Source: Podarcis pityusensis (Eukaryota). From it: a stretch of 64,000 bases of DNA. Under the pieces are notes generated by a model. The model worked only from the letters and a program-made list of their open reading frames with translations, was not told the origin of the DNA and ran no database searches. The stretch lies in NCBI GenBank assembly GCA_964106645.2, contig OZ067043.1; one strand, written 5' to 3'. Both the position numbers and the translations under genes were made by a program. Of this stretch, positions 27,101 through 37,810 are shown piece by piece (within the stretch, counting starts at the first letter, position 1; each line of letters opens with the position of its first letter).

Positions 27101-30100
27101 CTGGGCACTGCTGTGAGCAGCTCAAATGGCCCAGAGGAGTCCTGACTAATCCTCAAAGGGCAGTCGCTATGCAAAAGACTCTTCAGCTGGCCCTGCAGTG
27201 CGGAAGTCGGAGCTGGGGATGAAAAGCGCAGTGTGGCTGTGCCTGAAGGAAGAGGGACAACTGCCGCTGGCCTTTCTTCCAAAGGTCAAAGCTGCCTCCT
27301 CTGCAAGCCATGCCCGAAAGCAATCTGTCATTTGAGATGTTCTGGGCTGCAAGTGTGATCACTCAGGCTTTATTGGGAGTGGAGTAAATATATAAAAGGT
27401 TACCCATTTGGCACTTCAGCCATGTGAGTCCCATTAAAGTCAGCAGGAAGGAACTTTGCTGAAATACAGGGTGCAAGTCTGGCACAGTAGATTAGGGACT
27501 CTCTCTTTGGGGCTGCCTTGTCACCACCCATGGCTTAATTCTATACCCTAGTCCTGATTTTCACAGTATGGAAGGGCTCTCCAGGTGGTTGCCTCGCAGC
27601 CCCAATTTGGATGTAGGATATTGAAGGTTTATCCATTCATACAGGCCACAATTCTTCTGGTATAGCACCACTTGCAAACCTGAGGTTCTGCCCTTCAAGG
27701 GGGGGAGAGGGGGAGAAAGGGCATTTGGGCTGGAATTTATCTGATCTCTACAACCAGCCCTTCTTAGATGAGTCTCTTGTCTTTCTTCCCTCTTTCTCTC
27801 GCTTTATCACCTTTGTTCTTCCTTGGGGAAAGGACATGCCATTTTGGCTTATGTTGTTTCTCAATGGCCTATATAAAACAAAAAGAAAATGTGGATGCGG
27901 GGGGGGGTTGGGGGGGCGACCGCAAAGTACTCTGCAGATAGTGCAAGGCAGCTTTTTAATTGTGCAAGCATGCGTTTCAAAAACCACATCAATACAGCAT
28001 CTGTTTGTTTCTTTTTACAACAACAAAAATCTCAGCTGAAGCATCACAGGTGCAGCAGACAACTAATTTGGAACTACTGCCCTCCCAAACTATTATTACT
28101 GTTGTTATTATTATTGCATTTATATGCCATCTTTTATCCAAAGAGCTCCAGGTGGCATACATGGTTCTACCCCCTCCTCATTTAATCCTCACAACAACCC
28201 TCTGAGGAAGCTTAGGTTTAAAGGCAGCGACTGGCCAGGGAATTTCATGGCCAAGTGAGGATTTGAACTCTGGTCTCCAGCACTCTAACCACTGCACCAC
28301 AATGGCTCTCACGGGTTTAAGGATCAGGGATAAGAACAGGCATTCTGCCCATGGACTATTCTGAGCTTTTAGCCTTTGGGACATGGCAAGTTAAAACCCA
28401 AATAAACAAATGAACAATAATGAGGGCTATTTTGGTACGATACCATCACACTTGTTCCTGCTTAGAATATCCTGCTCTAAAATATTCCAACAACAAGATC
28501 TGCTGTCTTAAGTACGCCAGACCTTGCTTTCGTTTTCCATGGTGTTTTATTTTAGGGCAATACCTATTGCCACACATGTGAAATCTGAGCAATGTGGGTA
28601 AGGGCCTGTGCTATCCTAGAACATGCAAAGCAGCAGGTCTCATATATAAAGGAAAGGCTAAAGGGTAGATAATAAGACCACTTACCACTGCTTTCGTCCC
28701 AGTTACAGATGAGAGGGCAGCCGAGGTCGGGGGGGGGGATGGGACAACACAATCAAGCTTTAAGAATGCTTGTAAGATTTCAGGAACTGGTTTTTTAATC
28801 TGATTGCCTTATTTGAAGGTTCGGGTTCTGCACAGGAACAGTTACTAATAGTGAAGTAAAGTTGTGTATGGCAGGAGAGCCATGCCTTAAAATCAAACTG
28901 TTGCTGAATTCCTGTAAAGCGGGAGTTCGGGTTAATTTGAAGTGCAGGAAGAGAACACTGAACTCATGCTTTATTCTCTTAAAACACTTCCCCATGCCAT
29001 TTCCCCCAGTGGAAATACTGGATGTAACTTCCACTGAGAGAGAAAGAGATAGGAAAAGCAGCTTCAGGTTAAGGGATGGTTCAGCACTCACTTCTCTCAC
29101 ACACACACACCCATGCTGCACTTAGGTCATTTGCCCCACGCTCCAGTTTATAGGATAGATTTCATATGAAGTACAGTGTTGGAATGGAGATGAAAGGAAA
29201 AGGCATTTCAGAGAGGTCAAGTACTGTTTTCTGACGCATGCCAGGGAACATGCTTGAGTCCTGAAAGTCAAAGATCTAAATAGAACTAGCTTAGAACTGT
29301 CTGTAGCTTCTTCCTATGCAACTACAAATGCTTTCATAAGTTCTCTTCACACAATATAGCCACACTCCCCACAAAGAGCAGGTTCATAGTCTGAGGGTGC
29401 TTCTGGATCCATCTTTGTTGCTAGAGGCCCAGGTAACCTCCAAAGCTAAGTGTGCTTCACGCAATACTGCTGGGACAGCTCAGCTGGTAGAGCATGAGAT
29501 TCTTAGTCTCCTGAGTTTGAGCCCCACATTGGGCAAAAGATTCCTGCATTTTTTGACCCTTGTGGTCCCTTCCAACTCTACAATTCTGTGATTGTATGAT
29601 AGCATCCCAAGAAACCAAAGTCATTTCATTTTTGCCCTAACCAAACGTAGGTAATGGCTTCACAAATTATCTATGGCATACTAACCAAATTCACAAACAA
29701 AGGATGGGATCCAACATTGCATTGTGATGAATGTTCCATCTGCACAAGCATTTCAGCTTGCCAGGTGGAACAACCCCCCCCTCACCCCACCTCATGTGCT
29801 ATTCTTAGGGGTTCCCCTGACTTCCCTAGAGCTAATTTGGGGGGGTCCATTGGGGAAGGGGAATCCCTGTTGTGCAAATGGGGTTTATTAGGTGAATTCC
29901 ACCCTAAGTAATTTGGAGGAAACCAATATTTGCAGAGGTTCTCAGTGGAAGTAAATTGCAAGGGTAACTGGCTGTCTCGTTAAAAGTACTTGTGAACCTT
30001 TTTACTCCTCCCAGCACTGATATACTGTACTGCAGGTGAACTTACATCTCTCACATTTTCATTTTTGTCTTTCCTTTAAAGGTATTGTTTCTGTACACCT

Positions 30101-33100
30101 CAAGAAGGACAGCATGGGCAATTTGAGCCTCATAGCCTGCCCGCAAACGGATAACCGCAGTTCCCTGGACAATGCCTCCAAGGAGTCTTCAATGACAATT
30201 TGGCAGAAGCTCAACCAGGCAAACACCAGCAGTGGTGACCACACGTTTGTCAAATGGAATCATGGCCCACTCACAAACACCGCCAAAGACAGGTAAGGAG
30301 CCCACCTCCAGCAAAACATGCACCTGGGCAATTCCCCTGCTTCACAAAGCAGCAGTGAACACACCTGGGTTGAACTCAGGTTGTCCTCATCCTTGAGGGT
30401 AGCTCAAGAAATGGGAATTCCACAGGGAAATAGGAACTGCACATAACATTAGTCTATCCCAAGGGATGCAAAAGCACTGAGAGCAATTGGAAACGCATTC
30501 AGCTTTCACACTGAGGGACGTAACTCTTTTCAGTGGCAAAGTGCTTGTTTAAAGCATCACATGTTGAACAGAAGTTAGTGCACTTGGCTTCAGTAAGGGG
30601 CCATATTTCCTTCCCTCATAAACTAAACCAGGAATGAAGAACCATGTTGTCTGAGGGCTGCATTCCTGTCTGGGCAACCTTCCAAAGGGCCGCATGGCAG
30701 TAGTGGTTGGGGCCAGAGAGGAAACTGGACACGGCAATGGATGTAAATGTTACCTTTGTTGGGTAGTTTTTGCACACACCTTTCTATTCTCTATGCAGAC
30801 ATGCAAGAGGCACCATCAGAGTTCAAGGACGCATCCCAGCCAGGCTTAGAAATATGCACTAAGTTTTACTGGTGTCACTGGCGCTTACGCATGTTGAACT
30901 TACACAATTTCAGCTTTGCATGATTGCAAACCAGCCGGTCGAAATCACACAAATCAAATGCATGGAACACAGAGAGCTTCAGAGCTCTTTCTGTGCAGGG
31001 TTTTCCCAGTGCATAAAAAAATCCACCTGAGAGCCTCTCGGGCAAGGTGGAGAGCTTAAAAGCCTTGCTGGCAGGGTAGGAGGTAAGACCAGCATGCCAT
31101 CTCCATAAGGTAAGATTGCCCATGTGGCAGTTCCAAAGGGTTGCTTGGACTATACATGTTTTTGTGTATACATGCCATCTCCAGAACGTAACCCCTGTGA
31201 GTTACCTGCAAACATGTTTAGGGTCAGATGATAGGCTATTACTTCTAGATAGTAGGCTAATCATATCCCCCTCCTTTTTCTTTTGCATTGTGAATAGCTG
31301 CCAGGGGAAAGCGGTATTACAGACAGACCTTCAGTACCACAGAGACGTGTCTTCAATTATGGAGGATGCCAATGGGAACCAGCCAGAAAAGAACAGCTAT
31401 AATCCCTGGGGACTGTACTGCCATAAACAGCATCTAAACCGCATGTCTTCGAAGTATAATGAGAACAAACTTCATCGTATCTTTTTCCTAGCTGTTTTTC
31501 TACATTTTATTTTATTTTTATAATCCCAAGGTTGCAATGCAGAACTCCCAGTATCCCTTTCACTTTTAATAATAGATGAGCATTTCAACATACATATATA
31601 TATTGTGGATAACTTGTTCTAATTTTAGGCTCTAGTAGTACTGGATAAAATAGAAATACATAAGGAACAATCCCGTACAGTTTAGTCATAATAAGTAATG
31701 GTATTTGTTTCAGTGGGACTAGGGCTGGAACACTTACTTGGGAGTAAGTGCATGGAACTCAATGAGACATACTTACAAGCAGGCAGGTATCACAATGTTA
31801 GTCACAACTAATATATGCTGGATTTTGCCCACATTCCCAAGCTCTGTATGAACCTTGTCTCAAAAATACTGAAACAATAAATCAAAAAAATGCAAATAAA
31901 TGTTTATATTATTTCTAGTCCACCTTATAACAGAAGTTCTCTGTCACAATGTGCCATGTTCACAATATCGGAGGGAGGAGAATTGCATCTCATAGATTTT
32001 TAGCTTCACTGTTTTATTTCGTGGATAGGAAGCTGAGTTTCAAAATATGAAAAGCTGAGTTTTGCACTCCTCTTATATCACTTTGACAATTTTTTAAAGC
32101 TATGCATTCAAATGTAAAAGTTTCAAAGGGAAGTTTTAAGCAGTCTGGATTTGCCCTGATTTTCCTTTCAGCTCTACTTTATTTTCACTCAGTGGAAAAA
32201 AAGGGGGGGGAGTCTACATGCACAAAAATCTGTCTGAAGTCATGTAAGACCCAGCTCCTGATACACATCTCAAAGCCCAATCATGTAATAAGAACTTCCT
32301 AGCAACCTTTATGCATTGGTTGGTGTCCTTTATACCTGGAAAGCCTCCACCAGCCTTTAGCAGTGACTGAAAATGATGGACAGCTCAGAGGCAGTAGAAC
32401 ACCCCCAGGATAAATGAGTTGAGATGGAAACAAAAAGCTGGTCAGGGGAGCTAGCGCAGGTGGACTGCAAAGTTTTGCTACAGTTGTAAACCTAAGTAAA
32501 AAAAATTGATTTCCTTAACTCATGTGTCCAGAATTTTTGTTGCTTGAAAATGTGGTATCCAAATATAAATGCCCTTGCATTCTGGACTTAAAGATGGGAA
32601 CCAGACAGCATGGTGATGATGCATCAGAAGAGAAGAAAGCACGCCAAATAAAGAAGTGTGAACAGAGCACATCAGCATCCCTTGGAGCCCGTATTTGTGG
32701 GATGCAGGTAAGAACAGCTCATTCTAGTGTTTCAAAAAAAGAAAAGAAGCACACAGGTGTGTCTTCAGAGAGTACATTCTTCAACAAAGAAATAGGGCTT
32801 GGAATGAAACTATAATATATACCAACTGAGAATGTAGTGTTAGAAAAAATAACATTATTGATTTTACAGCTCAGCTTTAGCCTATTTCCTTTGTAAAAAA
32901 AAAAATTGAGATAATAAACCTGAAATATTTGTTGATTTGTGAAGGTTGTCTAGCATAGAAAGGTGAAAGATACCTCCTAAATATTATAGCTTTTTTAGAA
33001 AAAACACCTCCTACTTCTTTATGCAAAAACAGAGTACAGTCCTCATGTTGTTGCAAATCAGTAACAAAATCCCCTCAGAGTAGCTGTTGTTGCTAAAACA

Positions 33101-33663
33101 ATTAAGATTCCTGTAACACCCTAAAAATAAGAACAACCTATCAAAAATAACTTCTCAAATGGCTAATGTGTTGTCCTTTGTTCTTTTTTCCCAAGGTCTA
33201 CCAGGCAGACACAGTTCAATATCTCTGCAAAGATAAGTACTATGGGCGGAAACTCTCACCAGACGGCTTCAGGCAAGCCCTCTTGCAGTTCCTTCATAAT
33301 GGGAATCGCCTCCGAACGGATCTTGTGGAACCCATTGTGTCTCAGTTGAAGGCTCTTCTGTCGGTCATCAAAAAGCAGAACTCTTACCGGTTCTACTCCA
33401 GCTCGCTTCTCATAAACTATGAGGGACTGGAGAAAGCACCACCTTCAGACAATCACCCTCAGGGACACTGTCAGCATAGTAGCTGCTCTCTTCCACATGG
33501 AAACAGCCACCCCAAAGTGGATGTCCGTATGATAGACTTTGCTCATACAACCAACAAAGGCTCTAGGTTTAATCACACCGTCTATGAGGGACCAGATCAT
33601 GGCTACATTTTTGGTCTAGAAAACCTAATAAAAACTTTTCAGAGTATCTGTGTGGGAGAATGA
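17971..33663 (+). CDS. IP6K3: Inositol hexakisphosphate kinase 3, full CDS: join(17971-18169,30082-30292,31298-31476,32532-32707,33196-33663), 410 aa
   Basis: Exons sum to 1233 nt with consistent phases (1,2,1,0). Motifs present: [20 protein letters not shown] (PxxxDxKxG), SSLL, IDFAH. The MVVQN N-terminus and position next to UQCC2/ITPR3 identify paralog 3. Confidence 0.96.
19152..19378. mobile_element. Tc1/mariner MITE, CAGTGGTACCTC family
   Basis: Closely similar to the copy at 40385-40610; right TIR locally altered. Confidence 0.85.
20014..20254. mobile_element. Tc1/mariner MITE, related subfamily
   Basis: TA-CAGTGATACTTCGGTTTA ... TAAACCAAGGTACCACTG-TA. Confidence 0.85.
20819..21799. 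mobile_element. Tc1/mariner (Tigger-like) MITE interrupted by the L1
   Basis: TIRs CAGTGGTACCTC / GAGGTACCACTG; TA flanks. Confidence 0.88.
20932..21750 (+). mobile_element. 5'-truncated L1-clade LINE: ORF2 C-terminus (20932-21450), 3' UTR and polyA
   Basis: CWKC...[13 protein letters not shown] cysteine-rich knuckle; AATAAA at 21727-21732; A-tail; 20-bp TSD AAGAATGGACCTCCAGAACG at 20912-20931 and 21751-21770. Confidence 0.92.
28091..28310 (-). mobile_element. tRNA-derived squamate SINE (Squam3/CORE-like)
   Basis: Minus strand: GAGAGCCATTGTGGTGCAGTGGTTAGAG...GGGTTGTTGTGAGGATTAAATG...(AAT)n tail. Confidence 0.7.
29471..29600 (+). mobile_element. Decayed copy of the same tRNA-Lys/CR1-tail SINE; tail-only pieces near 6005-6070, 25800-25855, 44162-44220
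   Basis: AGCTCAGCTGGTAGAGCATGAGATTCTTA...GTCCCTTCCAACTCTACAATTCTGTGATT. Confidence 0.75.
30082..30292 (+). CDS. IP6K3: IP6K3 coding exon 2 ([10 protein letters not shown]...TAKD)
   Basis: Pyrimidine tract plus AAG acceptor; donor CAG|GTAAGG; phase 1 to 2. Confidence 0.93.
31298..31476 (+). CDS. IP6K3: IP6K3 coding exon 3 (SCQGKAVL...[16 protein letters not shown]...KLH)
   Basis: IP6K NPW motif; TAG acceptor ends at 31297; U12-type donor GTATCTTT at 31477. Confidence 0.92.
31477..32531 (+). other. IP6K3: U12-type (minor spliceosome) GT-AG intron of IP6K3
   Basis: 5' site GTATCTTT (consensus RTATCCTT); perfect branch TTCCTTAAC at 32511-32519, 12 nt before the intron end; no polypyrimidine tract. 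Confidence 0.9.
32532..32707 (+). CDS. IP6K3: IP6K3 coding exon 4 (QFLLLENV...PCILDLKMG...ICGMQ)
   Basis: Inositol-phosphate kinase signature; donor CAG|GTAAGA. Confidence 0.96.
33196..33663 (+). CDS. IP6K3: IP6K3 last coding exon (VYQAD...SSLL...IDFAH...ICVGE*)
   Basis: Catalytic SSLL and IDFAH motifs; TGA at 33661-33663. Confidence 0.96.
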   Translation, partial: VYQADTVQYLCKDKYYGRKLSPDGFRQALLQFLHNGNRLRTDLVEPIVSQLKALLSVIKKQNSYRFYSSSLLINYEGLEKAPPSDNHPQGHCQHSSCSLPHGNSHPKVDVRMIDFAHTTNKGSRFNHTVYEGPDHGYIFGLENLIKTFQSICVGE

Positions 33664-34093
33664 CAACGACTGAACTACCAAGAGACCTTGTGGTTGTAAA
33701 AGGCACACCCCATACTTCAGAGCAATGGCTCTCCCAGCAACTATGTCACAGCCAGAGTTTTCAGGGGGTGAACGGATGGCATATTAGGAAAAACTCTGAA
33801 GATACTACATCCTACTGTGGATTACACAGAATCCATCATACCTGCGATCCATAAGAAGGTTATTGCCCTTCCTTGTTTTAACGTTGTCCATTCATATCAT
33901 TTCTCAGCTAGAAGGAAATTTTACTTGAAAATCATTTTAGGACTTGTTCGTAAAGCACCATTTAGACTTGCAAGGCCGACAGAGGCCAAACACATGCCGT
34001 GCTCCTGAAGAGGGTGGTGTAGATAGTTTAGCAAGTCCTTAAAAACCTCCAGCTTTACATTTTAATTCACTGTTTGATGGGCCAAGGACTTTC

Positions 34094-34099
34094 AATAAA
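34094..34099 (+). terminator. Candidate IP6K3 polyadenylation signal (AATAAA); another at 34271-34276
   Basis: First AATAAA seen after the stop codon; usage unverified. Confidence 0.45.
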
Positions 34100-34506
34100 G
34101 CAATCAGATGACAACCATGCTCCACAAGCTCAGCCGCCACCAAACTCTGGCACTTTAAAAATGGGCTGTAGATCAATTCCTTGATTCTTTATATTCCATA
34201 CCAGAGTGTGTGGGGGAAAGTATTCTCCAAGGAATCTATGTGTCAGCTGAAAGGAGTGAGTGAGTAAAGCAATAAAAAGCAGGCGCAGAAGCAGGCAGGG
34301 GCGAGATAGCCCCTCCTGGAATAAGGCAGTGCTTTCAAAGGTTCTCTGATGGAAGAGCTAGAAGGGCTGTTACGGAGAGGGTGCAAAATCTGTGGAATAA
34401 CAGTCATAAATGAATTCATGTCATGGCTTTTTATATTGGAGAGACGTCACCTGAGGAATTAGACAGGCCTTGAAGACATGTGTGCACAGATATCAGGGTT
34501 AGGGCC

Positions 34507-34996
34507 CAGAGGCGGAGCTAGCTGCTCCGGCACCCAGAGCGGCACACATGCTGTGCACCTGGGGTCGGGGCCATGGGGGCAGGGCGAGTGTCTCAGGGGG
34601 AGAGACGCCCATGAGGGCAGAGTGAGCTGCCCATATGGAGTGGAGCAAGCCACCCATAGCAGGCTGCTTTCAGGGGGAGAAGGGAGTTGCGCTGCTTTGC
34701 CAGGAGCCTTCCTCCCTTCCCTCTTCCTTTTGCCAGCTCAGGGGAGGCTCCCCTTCCCCCCAGGAAGCAGCCTGGGGGCAGGGGGCAATGGCGCACCGCC
34801 CAAACGCGACTCCCAAACCTCCCCCAAGTTGTCAAAACGAAGGGGGAAGGCCGCTAGCAATGCGGCGCACCTCCGCCCCTTCCCCCGATGGCTCGGGGTA
34901 GGCTTGGGAGTCATGGGTGGCCGCCACGTCGAATGTCACCCCCCTCAGTGATGACACCTGGGGCGGTCCGCCCCCGGCCCCCTTCCTCTGCCCCTG
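34507..34996. mobile_element. GC-rich non-autonomous hAT element, 490 bp
   Basis: Perfect 8-bp TSD TTAGGGCC (34499-34506, 34997-35004); termini CAGAGGCGG / CTGCCCCTG. Confidence 0.85.
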
Positions 34997-35877
34997 TTAG
35001 GGCCCAAGTGTCATCGAGATGTTTTGTGTTGCATTTCTGTGCATGTGTGCAAAACTTGACAAAATGTTTACAGACTTTGTTAATCTTTGTGAATATGGAA
35101 CCACCAAATAATCGATTCCTTCCTGTGTCCTATGTCACATGGGAAAACTGTTACAATATGTTTAAATAGAGAGAAGCCCAAAATGGGAATGTCAAACTGT
35201 AAATAAATTGCATAGGCCGTGTAACAAACTGGTTAAGTCTGTGTTTCCTTTCTGCTGTTTCTTAAAGATCTGTTGGCATTTGCATAATTGCTGTAAAAAT
35301 CATCGTTTCCCCTCGTTTAAATTTCAGACCTCCAGGGAAATCCTTTTGCTGCCTATGTGTTGCCTGTGGCTTGCGAATAGCCGCAGATTGTGACAGGAAG
35401 ATTAAATCATTAGGCCCAGTACATGCTCCGCTTAGACTGCTACCCAGCTGCAGGAAATTGCTAAAAGAAGTAGTTCACGATACCAAATATTGCTAACATG
35501 CAACTGACAGTGAGCATCCGGAGCAGAATCATTTGAGCTGTCAAAGTCTCCAGGCACAAATAGCTGTTGTCTTCATTTGCACTGCTCATAGAATTCAAAT
35601 CCTTGTTACACGTAAAAAGAAAAAGAAAAAAGAATCACTCTTCCCCACCCCTTCAAAAAGTAATTAATGCAAATCGAAGTTTCCAGAGGAATAGCCATTT
35701 CTGTTGCTGCAAAAACAACCAAGAGTATTGTGGAGACTTAAAAGCTACAGGTGCCATCTGGCAAAGTAGTACTCAGAGCAGTCATATGGAATCTCCATAC
35801 ATATTAAAAAAAAAACTGTGAAAATGCGTTTTTAAAAAAACATTTTGAAAAATAAATAGAATTCTGCATAGCTCAGT

Positions 35878-35892
35878 GTCGCCATCTAGTGT
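35878..35892 (-). promoter_or_regulatory. Candidate CTCF site between IP6K3 and UQCC2
   Basis: Minus strand ACACTAGATGGCGAC vs consensus CCASYAGRKGGCRS. Confidence 0.55.
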
Positions 35893-36047
35893 CACACTTG
35901 TATATTGCACTTTACAACACATTTAAAATGTTTTATTTGCAGAGTAAACCCACTGAAATCCATGGACTTAAGTTAACCAAGTTATATCTATTGATCTTAA
36001 TGGGTCCACTATGACCACCAGATACCATCCTAGCACATTTTATTATG

Positions 36048-36087
36048 GCATGAAGTTTCATGGACTTGAGCCCACATCATCAGATGC
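36048..36087 (-). ncRNA. Second minimal hammerhead-like motif in a decayed Penelope relic
   Basis: Minus strand reads GCAT-CTGATGA-T-GTGGGC-TCAA-GTCCAT-GAAA-CT-TC-ATGC. Confidence 0.5.
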
Positions 36088-37419
36088 AAATGTAGTTCAT
36101 TTGCCAAATGTAGTTCATTTGCCAAGAGTCAGACAACAACTGTGCATTTTACATATTGTGGGCTATCCAACTAGCCCTTCTGTGTTAACCATATGGTTGC
36201 ATCTTGTGTGGCTGTGCAGGTTAAGATTGCAATTGTGTCAACATTTACTTTGAAGTAAATCCCAATGAATTCTTACTTTGGAGTAAGCATGAACAGGATG
36301 GTACAGCATAGCTGCAGTCCTGAACTTACTTCTGAAAGACTAAGTCCCACTGCATTAAATGAGACTCACTTCTGAATTAACCCCTAAAAGGTACTATGCA
36401 TCTCATAGATGAGAGTAAGAAAAAGATCGCCTCCAACTAGCCATGTAAAGCACGTGGCTTTCCCCAAAGAATACTGGGAATTCGAGTTTGTTAAGGGTAC
36501 TGGGAATTGCTGCTCTGTGAAGGATAAACTACAATTCCCAGAATTCTTTTGGAGAAATCAAGTGTTAATCAAACTCAAACTTGCGCGCGTCTCCTTTGCT
36601 GCTTTGCATAAGACGACGCCCCTACCAATCCCTCTCCACTCCCAACACGGGCGCACCGGCAAATACCGAAGAGAGAGCGCCATCCCTAAAGTCTTCCCAA
36701 TCCAACGAATCTTCATAGAGATAGGAAAAACTTTTTGGTTTCTATGGACTCCGCCCCCGCACCCCTTGCGCAAACCCACAGAAACCTATAGAGAAATTCT
36801 GGATTTTACCGCAGCTGTCATTGGGCGGCCAAAGAAATTTCAAAAGATAGCAGCAAAGACAGGAGTCGTGCTCTTTGTAATTCGGGACTTGTTTCTTATT
36901 GTGACAAACGAATGCAGTTAGTTTCTGAACATTTATAAATGCAAAGTCTCTGCAGGCAAGCTTCTGTATGCTACTGGAGGAATTTAGGGAGATCGACTTT
37001 GGCTGCAATTTGTGGGTGTTTGGCGTGAATCTTTCTCTTTTCTTTTCCTCCCCCCCGAAAAAAAAATCCAAGTAAGTCTCAGACTGAACCCCAAAGTGCA
37101 ACTCTGCAGAACTGTCATAAAGCGCTGGTTTCAACCGCACATTTTCCAACTTCGGGAAATGATGGTCGGCATTTGGAATTTGCATTGGCAGGGCTACTTT
37201 TCAAATGCTCAATTAGTCCCGAGTCAGGAGGAGGAGCATGAAGTCCCTTTGCCGCTAACTCTTAGTTTTCGGTGGGCACGACCCAGCTGTTCAAGCACAG
37301 CGACCGTATCCCAGGTTTCTTCGTTCATTTCCATGAATCCGTTTCACCAATGTAAATCCGGAATGTTGTCATCCTGAAAAAGAGAGGCACCTCTTTAATT
37401 TTTCTTATCTCTGCGGTCC

Positions 37420-37810
37420 CGCGGGTCTGGGAAGCTCTCTCGTTCCATCTGCGCAGGTACCAATCCGCTCTCTCCGCTTTCACTAGAGAGGAACTAAAGA
37501 GTCGGAGGAGCCAATCGCCGCGCCTCCGTTGGCAATACTAATGATGGGATTAGCATAGCGCAGACCACGTGAGCCACGCGCCAATGGTGTAGTTCAGGCG
37601 TCTGCCAAGATGGCGGTGACGCGGTACCGGCGCTTCTTGAAGCTCTGCGAGGAGTGGCCCGTGGAGGAGACCAAGCGCGGGCGGGACTTGGGCACTTTCC
37701 TTCGGCAGAGGGTGGCGCAGGCCTTCCGCGAGGGAGAGAACACGCAGGTGGGGCGGGGGCGACGCCCGGAGGGGGAGGGGGAAGGTCGGCGCCCCGGGCA
37801 GCTGGTGGTC
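37420..37810 (+). promoter_or_regulatory. UQCC2 CpG-island promoter
   Basis: CpG-dense; CCAAT at 37460, 37511, 37581; CACGTG at 37566-37571; YY1-type CAAGATGGCGG overlapping the start codon (37606-37616); no TATA. Confidence 0.85.
37610..37747 (+). CDS. UQCC2: UQCC2 exon 1 coding part (46 codons)
   Basis: aagATGG start; donor CAG|GTGGGG. Confidence 0.96.

Noticed and set aside
34459-35169. Cluster of overlapping ORFs up to 157 aa, or a CpG-island gene
   Set aside because: It coincides with a GC-rich hAT element with a TSD; stop-poor composition explains the ORFs.
36409-37377. ORFs of 170, 147 and 121 aa upstream of UQCC2
   Set aside because: No recognisable domain or splice structure; they run through a MITE and promoter DNA.
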